Shown here one piece after another: positions 7,923 to 19,234 of a stretch of 52,823 nt of DNA. The position numbers and the translations under genes were made by a program. Positions within the stretch are counted from its first letter, which is position 1. The number at the start of each line of letters is the position of its first letter. Below the pieces are notes generated by a model, which worked only from the letters and a program-made list of their open reading frames with translations, was not told the origin of the DNA and searched no databases. The stretch is from Campylobacter concisus (lineage in GTDB: Bacteria > Campylobacterota > Campylobacteria > Campylobacterales > Campylobacteraceae): the NCBI GenBank assembly GCA_963516555.1, contig CAUQCU010000001.1, forward strand, positions 1-52,823, written 5' to 3'.

Positions 7923-10466
7923 CTAAAATAGCCCTTTTAAAAGCCCCTTTAAATTTTGCTTTTCGCCGTTTGCGCCTTCATCATCTTTGCCAAGCTTTTT
8001 ATCTAAAAATCTACCTATCTCTTTTTTGACCTTATTTTCAAGATATTGTGATCTGACGTCGTATTTTAGTTTGTCTGTAGTGCCTGAGATTTGCACGTTT
8101 AGATCGGTCTTTTCTAGCCTGCAAACAAGTGGCGCGTTAAGCATTTTTGTGGCGATATTGTAAGTGCCGTTTGCAACCTTTATATCGCTCTTTGGCGAGC
8201 TTAAATTTACGTTAAAGATGACGTTATCGCCCTTTATATTGCCGTAAATTTTGCCGTCTTTGTAAATTTCTTTTGTGATGTCCTTGCCGGTGAAGGTTTT
8301 TATGTTGTTTGTGAGATTTGTGCTGGCTAGGTGACCCTCTTTTAGCAAGATGTCAAATTTACCGAGCTTTTGCTTAGTCTCATAGTCAAATTTAGCATCT
8401 CCGTTGCCATCATATAGATGATCTAGCCCCAAAGTCTGCGTTAGCCCCTTGACTTCGAAGTTTTTTAGCACCACATCAAGCGCGCCACCTTTGTAGTTTG
8501 CCTCTAACTTGCCCTTAAATAGATCATCAGAAGTGGCTTTCACGCTTAGATCATCCACTTTGCCATTTGCTGTTACTAGGGCTGCAAATTTACCGTGAAG
8601 CTCGTGGCCAGCTAAAAATGCAAGCTTATTTAGCTCTGAAACCACCGCTTGAAGCTTTAGGCTTAGCGTGCTTTTGCCCACATCAAAGCTGCCATCTATG
8701 CCCTTTATATCAGCTAGCGAGCTAAGAAAGTCGCCACTAAATTTTGCCATGTCGCCTTTATAGTCTAGGCTCAAATTTGAGCTAAATTTCTCGTTTTCTG
8801 GGAATTTTTTATCAAGCATTTTGCTAAGTTCTGCAGCGTTAAATTTGCCATCATTTAAAGTGATCGTTGCGGTGACGCTTGGGCTTTTGCTAAAGATATT
8901 TTGCCCCTTTGCCCGCACATTTGTCTTAGCGTTTGCCAGCCTGTCGTTGCCGCTAAGTGCTAAAATTTCTCCTAGCTGCGCCTCTTTTAGGTTAAGATCA
9001 AGATTTTCATTTTTTATGGTGGCGTTTAGCTTGCCAGCAAAGGCATCGCCACCTAAATTTAGCTCATATATCTTGCTTGCTTTAACCTTCACATCGCCAG
9101 CAAGCGACATCTTTGAGCCCACCTCAAAGCCGCTAACCGCTTTAAATTTCTCAGGATCGCTAATGAGCAGGGCAAATTTGCTAAAAATTTGGCTGTTTTT
9201 TAGGTCATAAATGCCCTTTACATCCTTTAGCTCGCCAAGGTCGCTAAGCACGTTTGCGTCAAAATTTACAAGCTCACCTTTTGCTGTGGCACCGCCTTTT
9301 AGCTCAAATTTCGCCGCGTTTTTAAGCTTTGCAAGACCATTATCTATAAGGCCGTTTTTTATCTCAAATTTAGCCTCGCCCGCAAGCTTTTTTAGCTCAT
9401 CAAAGCCGCTAAAATTTGCGTTTAAATTTATCTGCCCGTCTGCGTAGCTAGGCTGCAAGGCAAGCGCTAGAAGCTCTTTTAGCTTGATACTAGCCGCATT
9501 TAGTGCTAAGTTTTTGCTATCAAAATTTGCATTTATCTTGCCGCCAAGGCCGTTTATCTCAGCCTTTAGGTTTTTAAGAGCATTTTCTTGCATTGTAATT
9601 TCGCCGTTTGCATCCACAGTGCCACTTAGTTGCTCGCCTAAGAGCTTGCCAAAAAGGGCAAGATCAGGCACATTTAGCAAAAAGTCGCTCTTTAAATTTT
9701 TACTAGATAAATCATAAGTCGTCTCGTTTGCTTTTAAAGTGGCTTCAGGTGCGATGATAAGGGTTTTTGCACTCACTTTTTCATTTACAAATTTAGCATT
9801 TACACCGCCTTTAAAGCTTATATCTTTTGCTAAATTTAGCCCAAATTCGTTTTTAAGAATTTCTTTGTTTATCGCTGCGTCGCTAGCTAAAATTTGAGTA
9901 TTAATGATGGGCTCATTTTTCTCATCAACTCCTTGCATATTGCTCGTTAGATCAAGCTTACCGCTAGCTAAATTTGGCTTTTTAGCAAGAGCTGAGATCT
10001 CAGAAAGCTCGATGTTTTTAGCGTCAAGATTTAGAGCTTTTGGCAGGTAGTCTTTTAAATTTGCGTTTAAATTTATGTTTGAGCCAAGCGCCGTGCCAGT
10101 TGCTGTTAGCTTGAAGTCGTTAAATTTACCAGCCACGTTTGCCTTAAGAGCGACATCCTTTTTTAGCCCAAGCTCGCTAGCCTTTGCCTTGTCGGCGTTT
10201 ATATCTATGTTTAAATTCATACTTTGAGCAAGCAAGGAGAGCTCGCCATTTGCCTTTAAATTTATGGCATCCATTACTGTCGCTTCTAAATTTAAGGTGC
10301 TAAGCCCAAGGTTAAAGTCTTTAAATTTGACATCAATACCGCGAACTAGCGCCTCTTTTTCTATTTTGCTGGCTATAAATTTATTGCCAAAAGAGCTAAA
10401 GATAAAGCCAAAAATGCAAGCTACTATGAGCACAAGCGCGCCAACTATGTAAGCTACTTTTTTCAT
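7923..10466 (-). CDS. Large N-terminally anchored periplasmic beta-repeat protein (AsmA-like)
   Basis: Single N-terminal TM, alternating hydrophobic beta-strand pattern throughout, internal repeats, and a C-terminal amphipathic tail LKGLLKGLF. Confidence 0.65.
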   Translation of the reverse strand: MKKVAYIVGALVLIVACIFGFIFSSFGNKFIASKIEKEALVRGIDVKFKDFNLGLSTLNLEATVMDAINLKANGELSLLAQSMNLNIDINADKAKASELGLKKDVALKANVAGKFNDFKLTATGTALGSNINLNANLKDYLPKALNLDAKNIELSEISALAKKPNLASGKLDLTSNMQGVDEKNEPIINTQILASDAAINKEILKNEFGLNLAKDISFKGGVNAKFVNEKVSAKTLIIAPEATLKANETTYDLSSKNLKSDFLLNVPDLALFGKLLGEQLSGTVDANGEITMQENALKNLKAEINGLGGKINANFDSKNLALNAASIKLKELLALALQPSYADGQINLNANFSGFDELKKLAGEAKFEIKNGLIDNGLAKLKNAAKFELKGGATAKGELVNFDANVLSDLGELKDVKGIYDLKNSQIFSKFALLISDPEKFKAVSGFEVGSKMSLAGDVKVKASKIYELNLGGDAFAGKLNATIKNENLDLNLKEAQLGEILALSGNDRLANAKTNVRAKGQNIFSKSPSVTATITLNDGKFNAAELSKMLDKKFPENEKFSSNLSLDYKGDMAKFSGDFLSSLADIKGIDGSFDVGKSTLSLKLQAVVSELNKLAFLAGHELHGKFAALVTANGKVDDLSVKATSDDLFKGKLEANYKGGALDVVLKNFEVKGLTQTLGLDHLYDGNGDAKFDYETKQKLGKFDILLKEGHLASTNLTNNIKTFTGKDITKEIYKDGKIYGNIKGDNVIFNVNLSSPKSDIKVANGTYNIATKMLNAPLVCRLEKTDLNVQISGTTDKLKYDVRSQYLENKVKKEIGRFLDKKLGKDDEGANGEKQNLKGLLKGLF

Positions 10467-10497
10467 AAAATTCCTTTATATTAGTTTTACATATCAT

Positions 10498-10526
10498 AAA
10501 ACTTTAGTCACTTAGACTAAAGTTTT
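10498..10526. promoter_or_regulatory. HAIR-like HspR operator
   Basis: CTTTAGT-N7-ACTAAAG (10502-10522) inside the perfect inverted repeat AAAACTTTAGTC-actta-GACTAAAGTTTT. Canonical HAIR is CTTGAGT-N7-ACTCAAG. Confidence 0.8.
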
Positions 10527-10548
10527 TAATAAAATTCACTATAAATTA

Positions 10549-10577
10549 TTGACTTTTTCAGAAAAAAATGCTAGGAT
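10549..10577 (+). promoter_or_regulatory. groES promoter
   Basis: TTGACT (10549-10554), 17-nt spacer, TAGGAT (10572-10577) with TG extension. Confidence 0.7.
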
Positions 10578-10578
10578 T

Positions 10579-10605
10579 TCATCACTCAAAAATAAAGAGT
10601 GCTAA
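10579..10605. promoter_or_regulatory. CIRCE element (HrcA operator)
   Basis: TCATCACTC-N9-GAGTGCTAA against consensus TTAGCACTC-N9-GAGTGCTAA; the right arm is perfect. Confidence 0.88.
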
Positions 10606-10634
10606 AAAAGACAATTAAACTAAAAGGATGAACA

Positions 10635-10895
10635 ATGAACTTTCAACCATTAGGCAAGCGTGTCCTAGTCGAACGCGTAGAAGAGACAAAGACGACAGCT
10701 TCGGGCATAATTATACCTGATAACGCAAAAGAAAAACCTTTAAGCGGCGAGGTAAAAGCAGTTGGCGCTGAAGCTGAGGGCGTAAAAGTTGGCGAAAAAG
10801 TAGTATTTGCTAAATACGCTGGCACTGAGGTAAATTTAGATGATAAGACATATCTTGTTTTAAACATCGACGACATTTTGGGCGTGATTAAATAA
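10635..10895 (+). CDS. groES: Co-chaperonin GroES
   Basis: [34 protein letters not shown]. Confidence 0.99.
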   Translation: MNFQPLGKRVLVERVEETKTTASGIIIPDNAKEKPLSGEVKAVGAEAEGVKVGEKVVFAKYAGTEVNLDDKTYLVLNIDDILGVIK

Positions 10896-10900
10896 TTTAA

Positions 10901-12547
<1,647 letters not shown>

Positions 12548-12553
12548 ACCCGA

Positions 12554-12580
12554 ATTTACCCGACTCTTCGTCGGGTAAAT
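12554..12580 (+). terminator. groEL terminator hairpin
   Basis: ATTTACCCGAC-tcttc-GTCGGGTAAAT, an 11-bp perfect stem. Confidence 0.8.
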
Positions 12581-12628
12581 CTCTAAAGTCTCAAATTTAT
12601 AAAGTGACTAGAATTAATAAAAATTTAA

Positions 12629-12645
12629 TTTTTTTTATCTATAAT
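12629..12645 (+). promoter_or_regulatory. Probable -10 box of the glycan operon
   Basis: T8 run followed by TATAAT at 12640-12645, 30 nt before ATG 12676. Confidence 0.5.
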
Positions 12646-12675
12646 TCCAAAACTACTTAATAAAAAGATAAATTT

Positions 12676-14070
12676 ATGATAGAAGAAATTTTTAGAGAAT
12701 ACGATATACGTGGGATTTTCGGGCAAGACTTAAAAGAAACTAGCGTCAAGGCGATCGGGTTAAATTTGGGCCGAGAAATGCTACGCAGGGGCGCAAAAAA
12801 CATTAGCGTGGGATATGACGCTAGATTAAGCGCGGGCGAGATATTCGGCTGGTTGGTTAGTGGGCTAAATTTGGCCGGGATCAAGGTCTACAATATCGGC
12901 TTATTGCCGACGCCGGTCGGGTATTTTAGCGTGTTTACGGATAAATTTGATGCAAACGTAATGATAACCGGCTCTCATAATCCAAAAGAGTACAACGGTT
13001 TTAAAATCACGATTTTTAAGGATAGTTACTTCGGCGAGGATTTGCAAAAGCTAAAAGTCGCTGTGTTAGCAGACATCGTGGCAAAAACGCAAATTCCAAA
13101 CGATCTGAGAGCCGAAAAATTCGACATCGCGACGCCTTATAAAAATTTTCTTATAGAGCAATTTGCGCATTTAAAAGCCTTACCGCTTAAAATCGTCATT
13201 GACTGCGCAAACGGCGCGGTCGGAGCGGTGCTACCTGAAATTTGCGAGGCGTTAAACTTAGACGCTAAAATTTTATACCCCGAGCCCGACGGAAACTTCC
13301 CAAATCATCACCCAGACCCTAGCGAGGAGAAAAATTTAAGCGATCTAAAAACCGCGCTCAAGGGCGAATTTGACATAGGATTCGGTTTTGACGGCGACGG
13401 TGACCGCATCGCGGTTCTAACCAAAAAACGTAACATAAAAGGCGACGAACTAGCCTATCTATATAGCCTTGCGATGAAAAATCCGCGAGTGCTGGGCGAG
13501 GTAAAATGCTCGCAAAATATGTACGACGAAATCGATGCGCACGGTGGCAAAAGCTTCATGGGCAAGACTGGCCACAGCAATATAAAAAAGGCGATGAAGG
13601 AGCTAAATATCGACATGGCAGCTGAGGTTAGCGGGCATATTTTCTTTAAGGAGCGGTATTTTGGCTTTGACGATGCGACGTATGCGATGTTTCGCACGCT
13701 AGAGCTTGTAGCTAAGGGCTTTAACCTAGACGGCGAGCTTGATAAACTGCCTAAGGTCTTTAGCACCGACGAGATAAAAATAAAAACAACCGACGCGCAA
13801 AAATTTAAGCTGGTTGCAAAGCTAAAAGAGATTTTGGTTGAAAATTATGAAAACGGCGATGCGCAAAATTTACTAGAAGGCTTAGGTAAGATAGCCGAAA
13901 TCATCGATATAGACGGTATTAGAGTGAGATTTGATGACGGTAGCTGGGCGCTGGTGCGAGCATCAAATACTACGCCTGTTATCGTCACGAGATTTGAGGC
14001 TAAGAATGAAGAGGTATTAAATAAAATACAAAACAAGATTAGTAAGATTTTAATGGATGTAATATATTAA
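12676..14070 (+). CDS. Phosphomannomutase/phosphoglucomutase (AlgC/ManB family)
   Basis: IFREYDIRG, ITGSHNP (catalytic Ser), DGDGDR, AEVSGH, RASNTTP. Confidence 0.95.
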   Translation: MIEEIFREYDIRGIFGQDLKETSVKAIGLNLGREMLRRGAKNISVGYDARLSAGEIFGWLVSGLNLAGIKVYNIGLLPTPVGYFSVFTDKFDANVMITGSHNPKEYNGFKITIFKDSYFGEDLQKLKVAVLADIVAKTQIPNDLRAEKFDIATPYKNFLIEQFAHLKALPLKIVIDCANGAVGAVLPEICEALNLDAKILYPEPDGNFPNHHPDPSEEKNLSDLKTALKGEFDIGFGFDGDGDRIAVLTKKRNIKGDELAYLYSLAMKNPRVLGEVKCSQNMYDEIDAHGGKSFMGKTGHSNIKKAMKELNIDMAAEVSGHIFFKERYFGFDDATYAMFRTLELVAKGFNLDGELDKLPKVFSTDEIKIKTTDAQKFKLVAKLKEILVENYENGDAQNLLEGLGKIAEIIDIDGIRVRFDDGSWALVRASNTTPVIVTRFEAKNEEVLNKIQNKISKILMDVIY

Positions 14071-14094
14071 GAAATATTTATTTTTGGAGAATTA

Positions 14095-14868
14095 ATGAAA
14101 GTATTATTATTAGCTGGTGGTTTTGGAACTAGGCTTGCCGAGGAAACATCTGTTAGACCAAAACCTATGGTTGAAATAGGCGGTAGACCAATAATTTGGC
14201 ATATAATGAAAATTTATAGCCAGTATGGATTTAATGAATTCGTAATCTTGCTTGGTTATAAGGGTTACTACATAAAAGAGTATTTTGCTAATTACTTTTT
14301 ACATAGAAGTGATGTTACAATTGATCTAAAAACGAACAATATGACTATTCACAACAATTTTAGCGAGGATTGGAAAATAACACTTCTTGATACTGGACTA
14401 GAAACAATGACTGGCGGTAGAATAAAAAGAGCCGAGGAATATATAGGTGGTGAAACTTTTATGTTAACCTATGGAGATGGCGTGAGCGATATAAATATAA
14501 AAAATTTGGTTGAATTTCATAAATCTCATGGTAAATTGGCTACAATGACTGCATTCCAGCCTGATGGGAGATTTGGAGCATTAGACATAAATAATGATAA
14601 TATTATTACATCATTTTTAGAAAAACCAAAAGGTGATGGAAATTGGATAAATGCAGGTTTTTTTGTATGTGAGCCAAAGGTGCTTGATTATATTACCAAT
14701 GGAGATGCAACCATTTTTGAGCAAGAGCCACTTTCAAATTTAGCCAAAGACAGACAACTTTGTGCTTTTAAGCATAATGGTTTTTGGAAGCCTATGGATG
14801 CCTTGAGAGATAAACAAGTTTTGGAAAAAATGTGGGATACTGGTAAAGCTCCTTGGAAAACGTGGTAA
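14095..14868 (+). CDS. rfbF: Glucose-1-phosphate cytidylyltransferase (DdhA)
   Basis: LAGGFGTRLAEET, PKPMVEIGG, TMTGGRIKR, TYGDG, WINAGFF, APWKTW. Confidence 0.97.
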   Translation: MKVLLLAGGFGTRLAEETSVRPKPMVEIGGRPIIWHIMKIYSQYGFNEFVILLGYKGYYIKEYFANYFLHRSDVTIDLKTNNMTIHNNFSEDWKITLLDTGLETMTGGRIKRAEEYIGGETFMLTYGDGVSDINIKNLVEFHKSHGKLATMTAFQPDGRFGALDINNDNIITSFLEKPKGDGNWINAGFFVCEPKVLDYITNGDATIFEQEPLSNLAKDRQLCAFKHNGFWKPMDALRDKQVLEKMWDTGKAPWKTW

Positions 14869-14874
14869 TAGATT

Positions 14875-15936
14875 ATGTTTAAAGATATTTATAGTGGAAA
14901 GAATATTTTGGTGACAGGACACACTGGTTTTAAAGGCTCATGGTTAGTGTATTGGCTTGCAAATATGGGGGCGAACGTGGTTGGCTACTCAAATGAAATT
15001 CCAACAAAGCCAAGCCACTTTAAGCTATTAAATTTAGATATAAAAAGTATTTTTGGTGATATAAGAGATACTGAAAGGATGGAGCTTGCTATAAAAGAGG
15101 TGAAGCCAGATATCGTCTTTCACTTAGCAGCTCAACCACTTGTAAGATTGTCATATAAAAATCCTATTGAAACTTACGAAACGAATGTCATTGGCACGCT
15201 AAAAGTTTTTGAAGCATGTAGGAAAAATAATGTCAAGGCCATCGTTAATATTACTAGCGATAAATGCTACGAAAATAAAGAGTGGGTTTGGGGATACCGA
15301 GAGAACGATCCTATGGGTGGATACGATCCATACAGCTCCTCAAAGGGTTGCGCCGAAATTTTAACTAGCTCGTATAGAAATTCGTTTTTTAATTTGGACG
15401 AATATAAAAAATCTCACGAGACGCTACTCGCGAGTGCTAGGGCAGGGAATGTCATAGGTGGTGGAGACTGGGCGGATGATAGGCTTATTTGTGATGTTAT
15501 TAGGGCGGCATCTAAAAGCGAAGTTGTATTGATAAGGAATCCAAAAGCTACTCGTCCATGGCAACATGTGCTTGAGCCCCTAAGTGGTTATTTGCTTTTA
15601 GGGCAGAGGTTGTTGGAAGGCAAAAAGGAATTTGCTGATGGTTGGAATTTTGGTCCTAGCGAAGAGGGTAGTTATAATGTAGGTGATGTTTTGTTGGAGC
15701 TTAAAAAACATTGGGACAAAGTTGAGTTTAAGTTTGAGGCAAACTCGCAAAATCCTCATGAAGCAAATTTGTTAAAGCTTGATTGCTCGAAAGCAAATAT
15801 AAAACTTGGTTGGAAGCCTACGTGGGACAGTAAAATTGCTTTTGAGAAAACTATAGAATGGTATAAAAGTTTTTATGAAAACAATAAAATAGACACCGAA
15901 CAAAATTTAAAAGATTATATAAAAGAGATGATATGA
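14875..15936 (+). CDS. rfbG: CDP-glucose 4,6-dehydratase (DdhB)
   Basis: VTGHTGFKGSWL, HLAAQPLVR, TSDKCY, DPYSSSK, RAGNVIGGGDW, TRPWQHVLEPL. Confidence 0.97.
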   Translation: MFKDIYSGKNILVTGHTGFKGSWLVYWLANMGANVVGYSNEIPTKPSHFKLLNLDIKSIFGDIRDTERMELAIKEVKPDIVFHLAAQPLVRLSYKNPIETYETNVIGTLKVFEACRKNNVKAIVNITSDKCYENKEWVWGYRENDPMGGYDPYSSSKGCAEILTSSYRNSFFNLDEYKKSHETLLASARAGNVIGGGDWADDRLICDVIRAASKSEVVLIRNPKATRPWQHVLEPLSGYLLLGQRLLEGKKEFADGWNFGPSEEGSYNVGDVLLELKKHWDKVEFKFEANSQNPHEANLLKLDCSKANIKLGWKPTWDSKIAFEKTIEWYKSFYENNKIDTEQNLKDYIKEMI

Positions 15937-17726
15937 TGATAAAAGTTAGCGATTTTATAGCAAAATTTATAGCCGAGCATAAAGATACAGCAAAGACTGT
16001 ATTTATGGTCTCGGGTGGTGGCAATATGCACTTAATAGATTCGCTTGGTAAAAATAAAATTTTAGAGTATGTCTGCAACCATCATGAACAGGCTTGTGCG
16101 ATAGCTGCAGAAGGTTATGCGCGTGTCTCAAATAAGATCGGTATCGCGTATGTTACCACGGGTCCTGGCGGGACGAATGCGATTACTGGCATTTACGGTG
16201 CTTGGGTGGATTCGATCCCTACGATGATCATATCGGGGCAGGTTAAATTTCAAACGACTATTGCTTCGCAACCCGAGCTAAATTTGCGTCAGCTCGGCGA
16301 TCAAGAGGTCAATATCGTTGATATTGTAAGACCTATCACAAAATATGCCGTAATGATAACGGATAAAAATAGTATAAAATTTTATCTGCAAAAAGCTGTT
16401 TATGAGGCTAAACACGGCAGACCCGGACCCGTATGGCTGGATGTGCCGCTAGACATACAAGGTGCTATGGTGGATGAAGCGGATTTGATAGAATTTGAAA
16501 TCCCAGAAGAGCCTAAATTCGATACAAAAATCCCGCAGGTTTTAGATGCGTTAAAAGTTGCTGAACGTCCCGTAATTATTGCCGGTAATGGCGTAACGCT
16601 TGCCGGTGCGAATGAAGATTTTCTAAAACTAATCAAAATTTTAAAAATTCCCGTTATCAGTACTTTTGCTAGATACGATATCGTTAGAAATGACCATGAG
16701 CTATTTTTTGGTAGATATGGCACTATCGGCAATAGAGCGGCAAATTTTGTCGTGCAGAATTCCGATCTCATCATTGCCATAGGTGCTAGATTAAATATCC
16801 GTGCAATCAGCTATAACTGGGAATTCTTCGGCAGAGAAGCCAAAAAAATTTTAGTCGATATCGACCAAAACGAACTAGACAAAAAAACTATTGCTGCAGA
16901 TATTAAGATAAAATCCGATGCGAAGGTTTTTATATCAGATTTGCGATCTGTGCTGAAAGATGAGCTGGATTTTGGAGCTTGGCTTGAAATTTGTAAAAAT
17001 TACAGAAAGAATTATTCTACGATTGAGCCTTTTAGACAAAATGTAAAAGAGTGGGTTGATTCATATAATTTTTTCGATGTGCTATCTAATAATAAACGAG
17101 ATTTAGTTTATGTATTTGGTAACGGCACAGCATGTGTTTCATCGTATCAAAGCTTGCGCATATATGAGAATCAAAAGGTGGTAGTAAATTCAGGTTGCGC
17201 TTCTATGGGATATGACCTGCCTGCTGCAATCGGTGCTTGTTTCGCAAATGGTAAAAAAGATACGATTTGCGTTACGGGTGAAGGTAGCTTGCAGATGAAT
17301 ATTCAAGAGTTTCAGACAATAATTCATAATAAGCTCCCAATCAAAATCTTTGTTCTGAATAATGCAGGCTATATTTCTATCAGAAATACTCAAAACAACT
17401 TTTTTAAAGGGCACAAGGTAGGCTCGGATAAAGATAGCGGCGTCAGCTTTCCTAATATCGTAAAATTAGCAGAGGTTTATGGATTTGAAGCCTGCAGGAT
17501 AGAAAATCAGTTAAATTTAAAAGGGGAGTTGGAGAAAATTCTATCCAAACCAGGTGCGGTAGTTTGCGAAATAATGCTTTCGCCTACTGAAAAAATGGAG
17601 CCAAAATTATCGTCCGAGATAAAGCCTGACGGCAAAATGGTTTCAAAGCCGCTTGAGGATATGTTCCCGTTTTTGCCGCGAGAAGAATTTTATAAAAATA
17701 TGATAATTAAGCTGGTAGATGAATAA
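15933..17726 (+). CDS. ThDP-dependent acetolactate-synthase-like enzyme (YerE-like sugar C-branching carboligase)
   Basis: HHEQACAIAAEGY, TTGPGGTN, GRPGPVWLDVPLD, SMGYDLPAAIGA, GEGSLQMNIQE...NN. Located between rfbG and rfbH. Confidence 0.85.
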   Translation: MMIKVSDFIAKFIAEHKDTAKTVFMVSGGGNMHLIDSLGKNKILEYVCNHHEQACAIAAEGYARVSNKIGIAYVTTGPGGTNAITGIYGAWVDSIPTMIISGQVKFQTTIASQPELNLRQLGDQEVNIVDIVRPITKYAVMITDKNSIKFYLQKAVYEAKHGRPGPVWLDVPLDIQGAMVDEADLIEFEIPEEPKFDTKIPQVLDALKVAERPVIIAGNGVTLAGANEDFLKLIKILKIPVISTFARYDIVRNDHELFFGRYGTIGNRAANFVVQNSDLIIAIGARLNIRAISYNWEFFGREAKKILVDIDQNELDKKTIAADIKIKSDAKVFISDLRSVLKDELDFGAWLEICKNYRKNYSTIEPFRQNVKEWVDSYNFFDVLSNNKRDLVYVFGNGTACVSSYQSLRIYENQKVVVNSGCASMGYDLPAAIGACFANGKKDTICVTGEGSLQMNIQEFQTIIHNKLPIKIFVLNNAGYISIRNTQNNFFKGHKVGSDKDSGVSFPNIVKLAEVYGFEACRIENQLNLKGELEKILSKPGAVVCEIMLSPTEKMEPKLSSEIKPDGKMVSKPLEDMFPFLPREEFYKNMIIKLVDE

Positions 17727-18447
17727 AGCTGTAGTTTTTGACTTAGACGGGACTATTTATTTTGGGAGTAAAATTGCCGATTTTGCTTTGCAAACTATTG
17801 ATGAGCTTCAATCCAATGGTTATAATGTCTTATTTTTTACTAATAATTCAACTAAAACAAGAGTTGAAATTTTAGATAAATTAATTAATATGGGTATAAG
17901 AACTACTGTAGATAAAATATATACCTCAGCTTATGCTAGTGCTATATTTTTGCAAAGAAATGATCTGAGAAATATATTTTTAGTTGGTAGCCGTGGTTTT
18001 AAAAGTGAATTAACGAATGCAGATATAAATATCGAGGATGAGTATAGTTGTGAAGCCGTGGTAATTGGGCTTGATTTAAATTTTAACTATAAAATTTTAT
18101 CAAGAGCTCTTATTGCATTACAAAAATCTCGTAGAATAATAGTGGCAAATACAGATAAAAATTTTCCAGTAGAAAATGGTCTTTTAAGACCCGGTGCCAA
18201 TGCTATGCTGAGTGCAATCCTTGGTAGTATTGATAAGAAAATTAAGCCGGATATAGTAGGAAAGCCAAATCCTTTTATGCTTGAAATTTTATGTAAGGAT
18301 TGGGGGCTTGATAAACAGCATATCGTTGTGGTAGGTGATAGTATAGAAAGCGATATGGCTATGGCAAAGAATTTTAATTGTAAAGGAATCCTAGTTGGCA
18401 ATGACATTACATTGCTGGATGTTAAGAATAAAATTTTAAGGAGCTAA
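17719..18447 (+). CDS. HAD-IIA (NagD-like) sugar-phosphate phosphatase
   Basis: FDLDGTIY, FTNNS, VGKPNP, VGDSIESD. Confidence 0.92.
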   Translation: MNKAVVFDLDGTIYFGSKIADFALQTIDELQSNGYNVLFFTNNSTKTRVEILDKLINMGIRTTVDKIYTSAYASAIFLQRNDLRNIFLVGSRGFKSELTNADINIEDEYSCEAVVIGLDLNFNYKILSRALIALQKSRRIIVANTDKNFPVENGLLRPGANAMLSAILGSIDKKIKPDIVGKPNPFMLEILCKDWGLDKQHIVVVGDSIESDMAMAKNFNCKGILVGNDITLLDVKNKILRS

Positions 18448-18448
18448 A

Positions 18449-19234
18449 ATGAATGTTTTAGAATACGAGATGATCGATATTCTTAAAAGACTTAAAGATG
18501 AATACGGTGTTTTTGAGATCAAAGCAGAGTACGAGAATGAAGGCAGTAGGCAGGAGGAGCTTTGTAGACTAAAAGATATTACCTCTAAAGTTGGGCTTCC
18601 TATTATTATGAAAATTGGAGGTGTCGAAGCGGTAACCGATATATATAACGCTATTACTCTAGGTGTAAATGGTATCATAGCGCCGATGGCAGAAACAAAA
18701 TTTGCCGTTAGTAAATTTTTGGGAGCTATAAACACTTTCGTTGCTGAGGATAATCGCAATGACATAGAATTTGCGATCAATGTAGAGACCATAACCTGCT
18801 ATGATAATTTTGATGATATTCTTTCCTTGTCTAATATAAATACTCTTTCTGGCGTAACAATTGGAAGAGTTGATTTTACAAGTTCGATGGGTAAAGATAG
18901 GAGCTTTGCAGATAGCGATGAAATGCTAAGACATTGTGAAAATATTTTTACTAAAGCGAGAGCTAAGGGATTAAAATGCGGTTTAGGTGGAGCCATATCC
19001 GCAAAGTCGTGCGATTTTATTAAATATCTCATTTCCAAAGGACTGCTTGATAAATACGAAACGCGAAAGATTGTCTATCATAAAGACGCCATAAATAATA
19101 TGGAGGCTGGAATTTTAGTCGGTGTGGAATTTGAATTAGCCTGGCTTAAAAGCAAACGTAGGTATTATCACAGAATCAAGTCTGAGGATGAGAAGAGAAT
19201 CGAAATGCTTGAAAAAAGGCTAAGCAACAAATGA
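18449..19234 (+). CDS. HpcH/HpaI aldolase / citrate-lyase-beta family protein
   Basis: GIIAPMAET, INVET, TIGRVDFTSSMG. Confidence 0.75.
   Translation: MNVLEYEMIDILKRLKDEYGVFEIKAEYENEGSRQEELCRLKDITSKVGLPIIMKIGGVEAVTDIYNAITLGVNGIIAPMAETKFAVSKFLGAINTFVAEDNRNDIEFAINVETITCYDNFDDILSLSNINTLSGVTIGRVDFTSSMGKDRSFADSDEMLRHCENIFTKARAKGLKCGLGGAISAKSCDFIKYLISKGLLDKYETRKIVYHKDAINNMEAGILVGVEFELAWLKSKRRYYHRIKSEDEKRIEMLEKRLSNK

Noticed and set aside
12629..12636. T8 run upstream of the glycan operon -10 as a phase-variable promoter
   Set aside because: T/A runs of this length are ordinary in Campylobacter promoters, so there is no specific support.
15933..17726. Annotation as housekeeping acetolactate synthase (ilvB/ilvI)
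   Set aside because: No small subunit or other ilv genes nearby, and it is embedded in a CDP-sugar operon.
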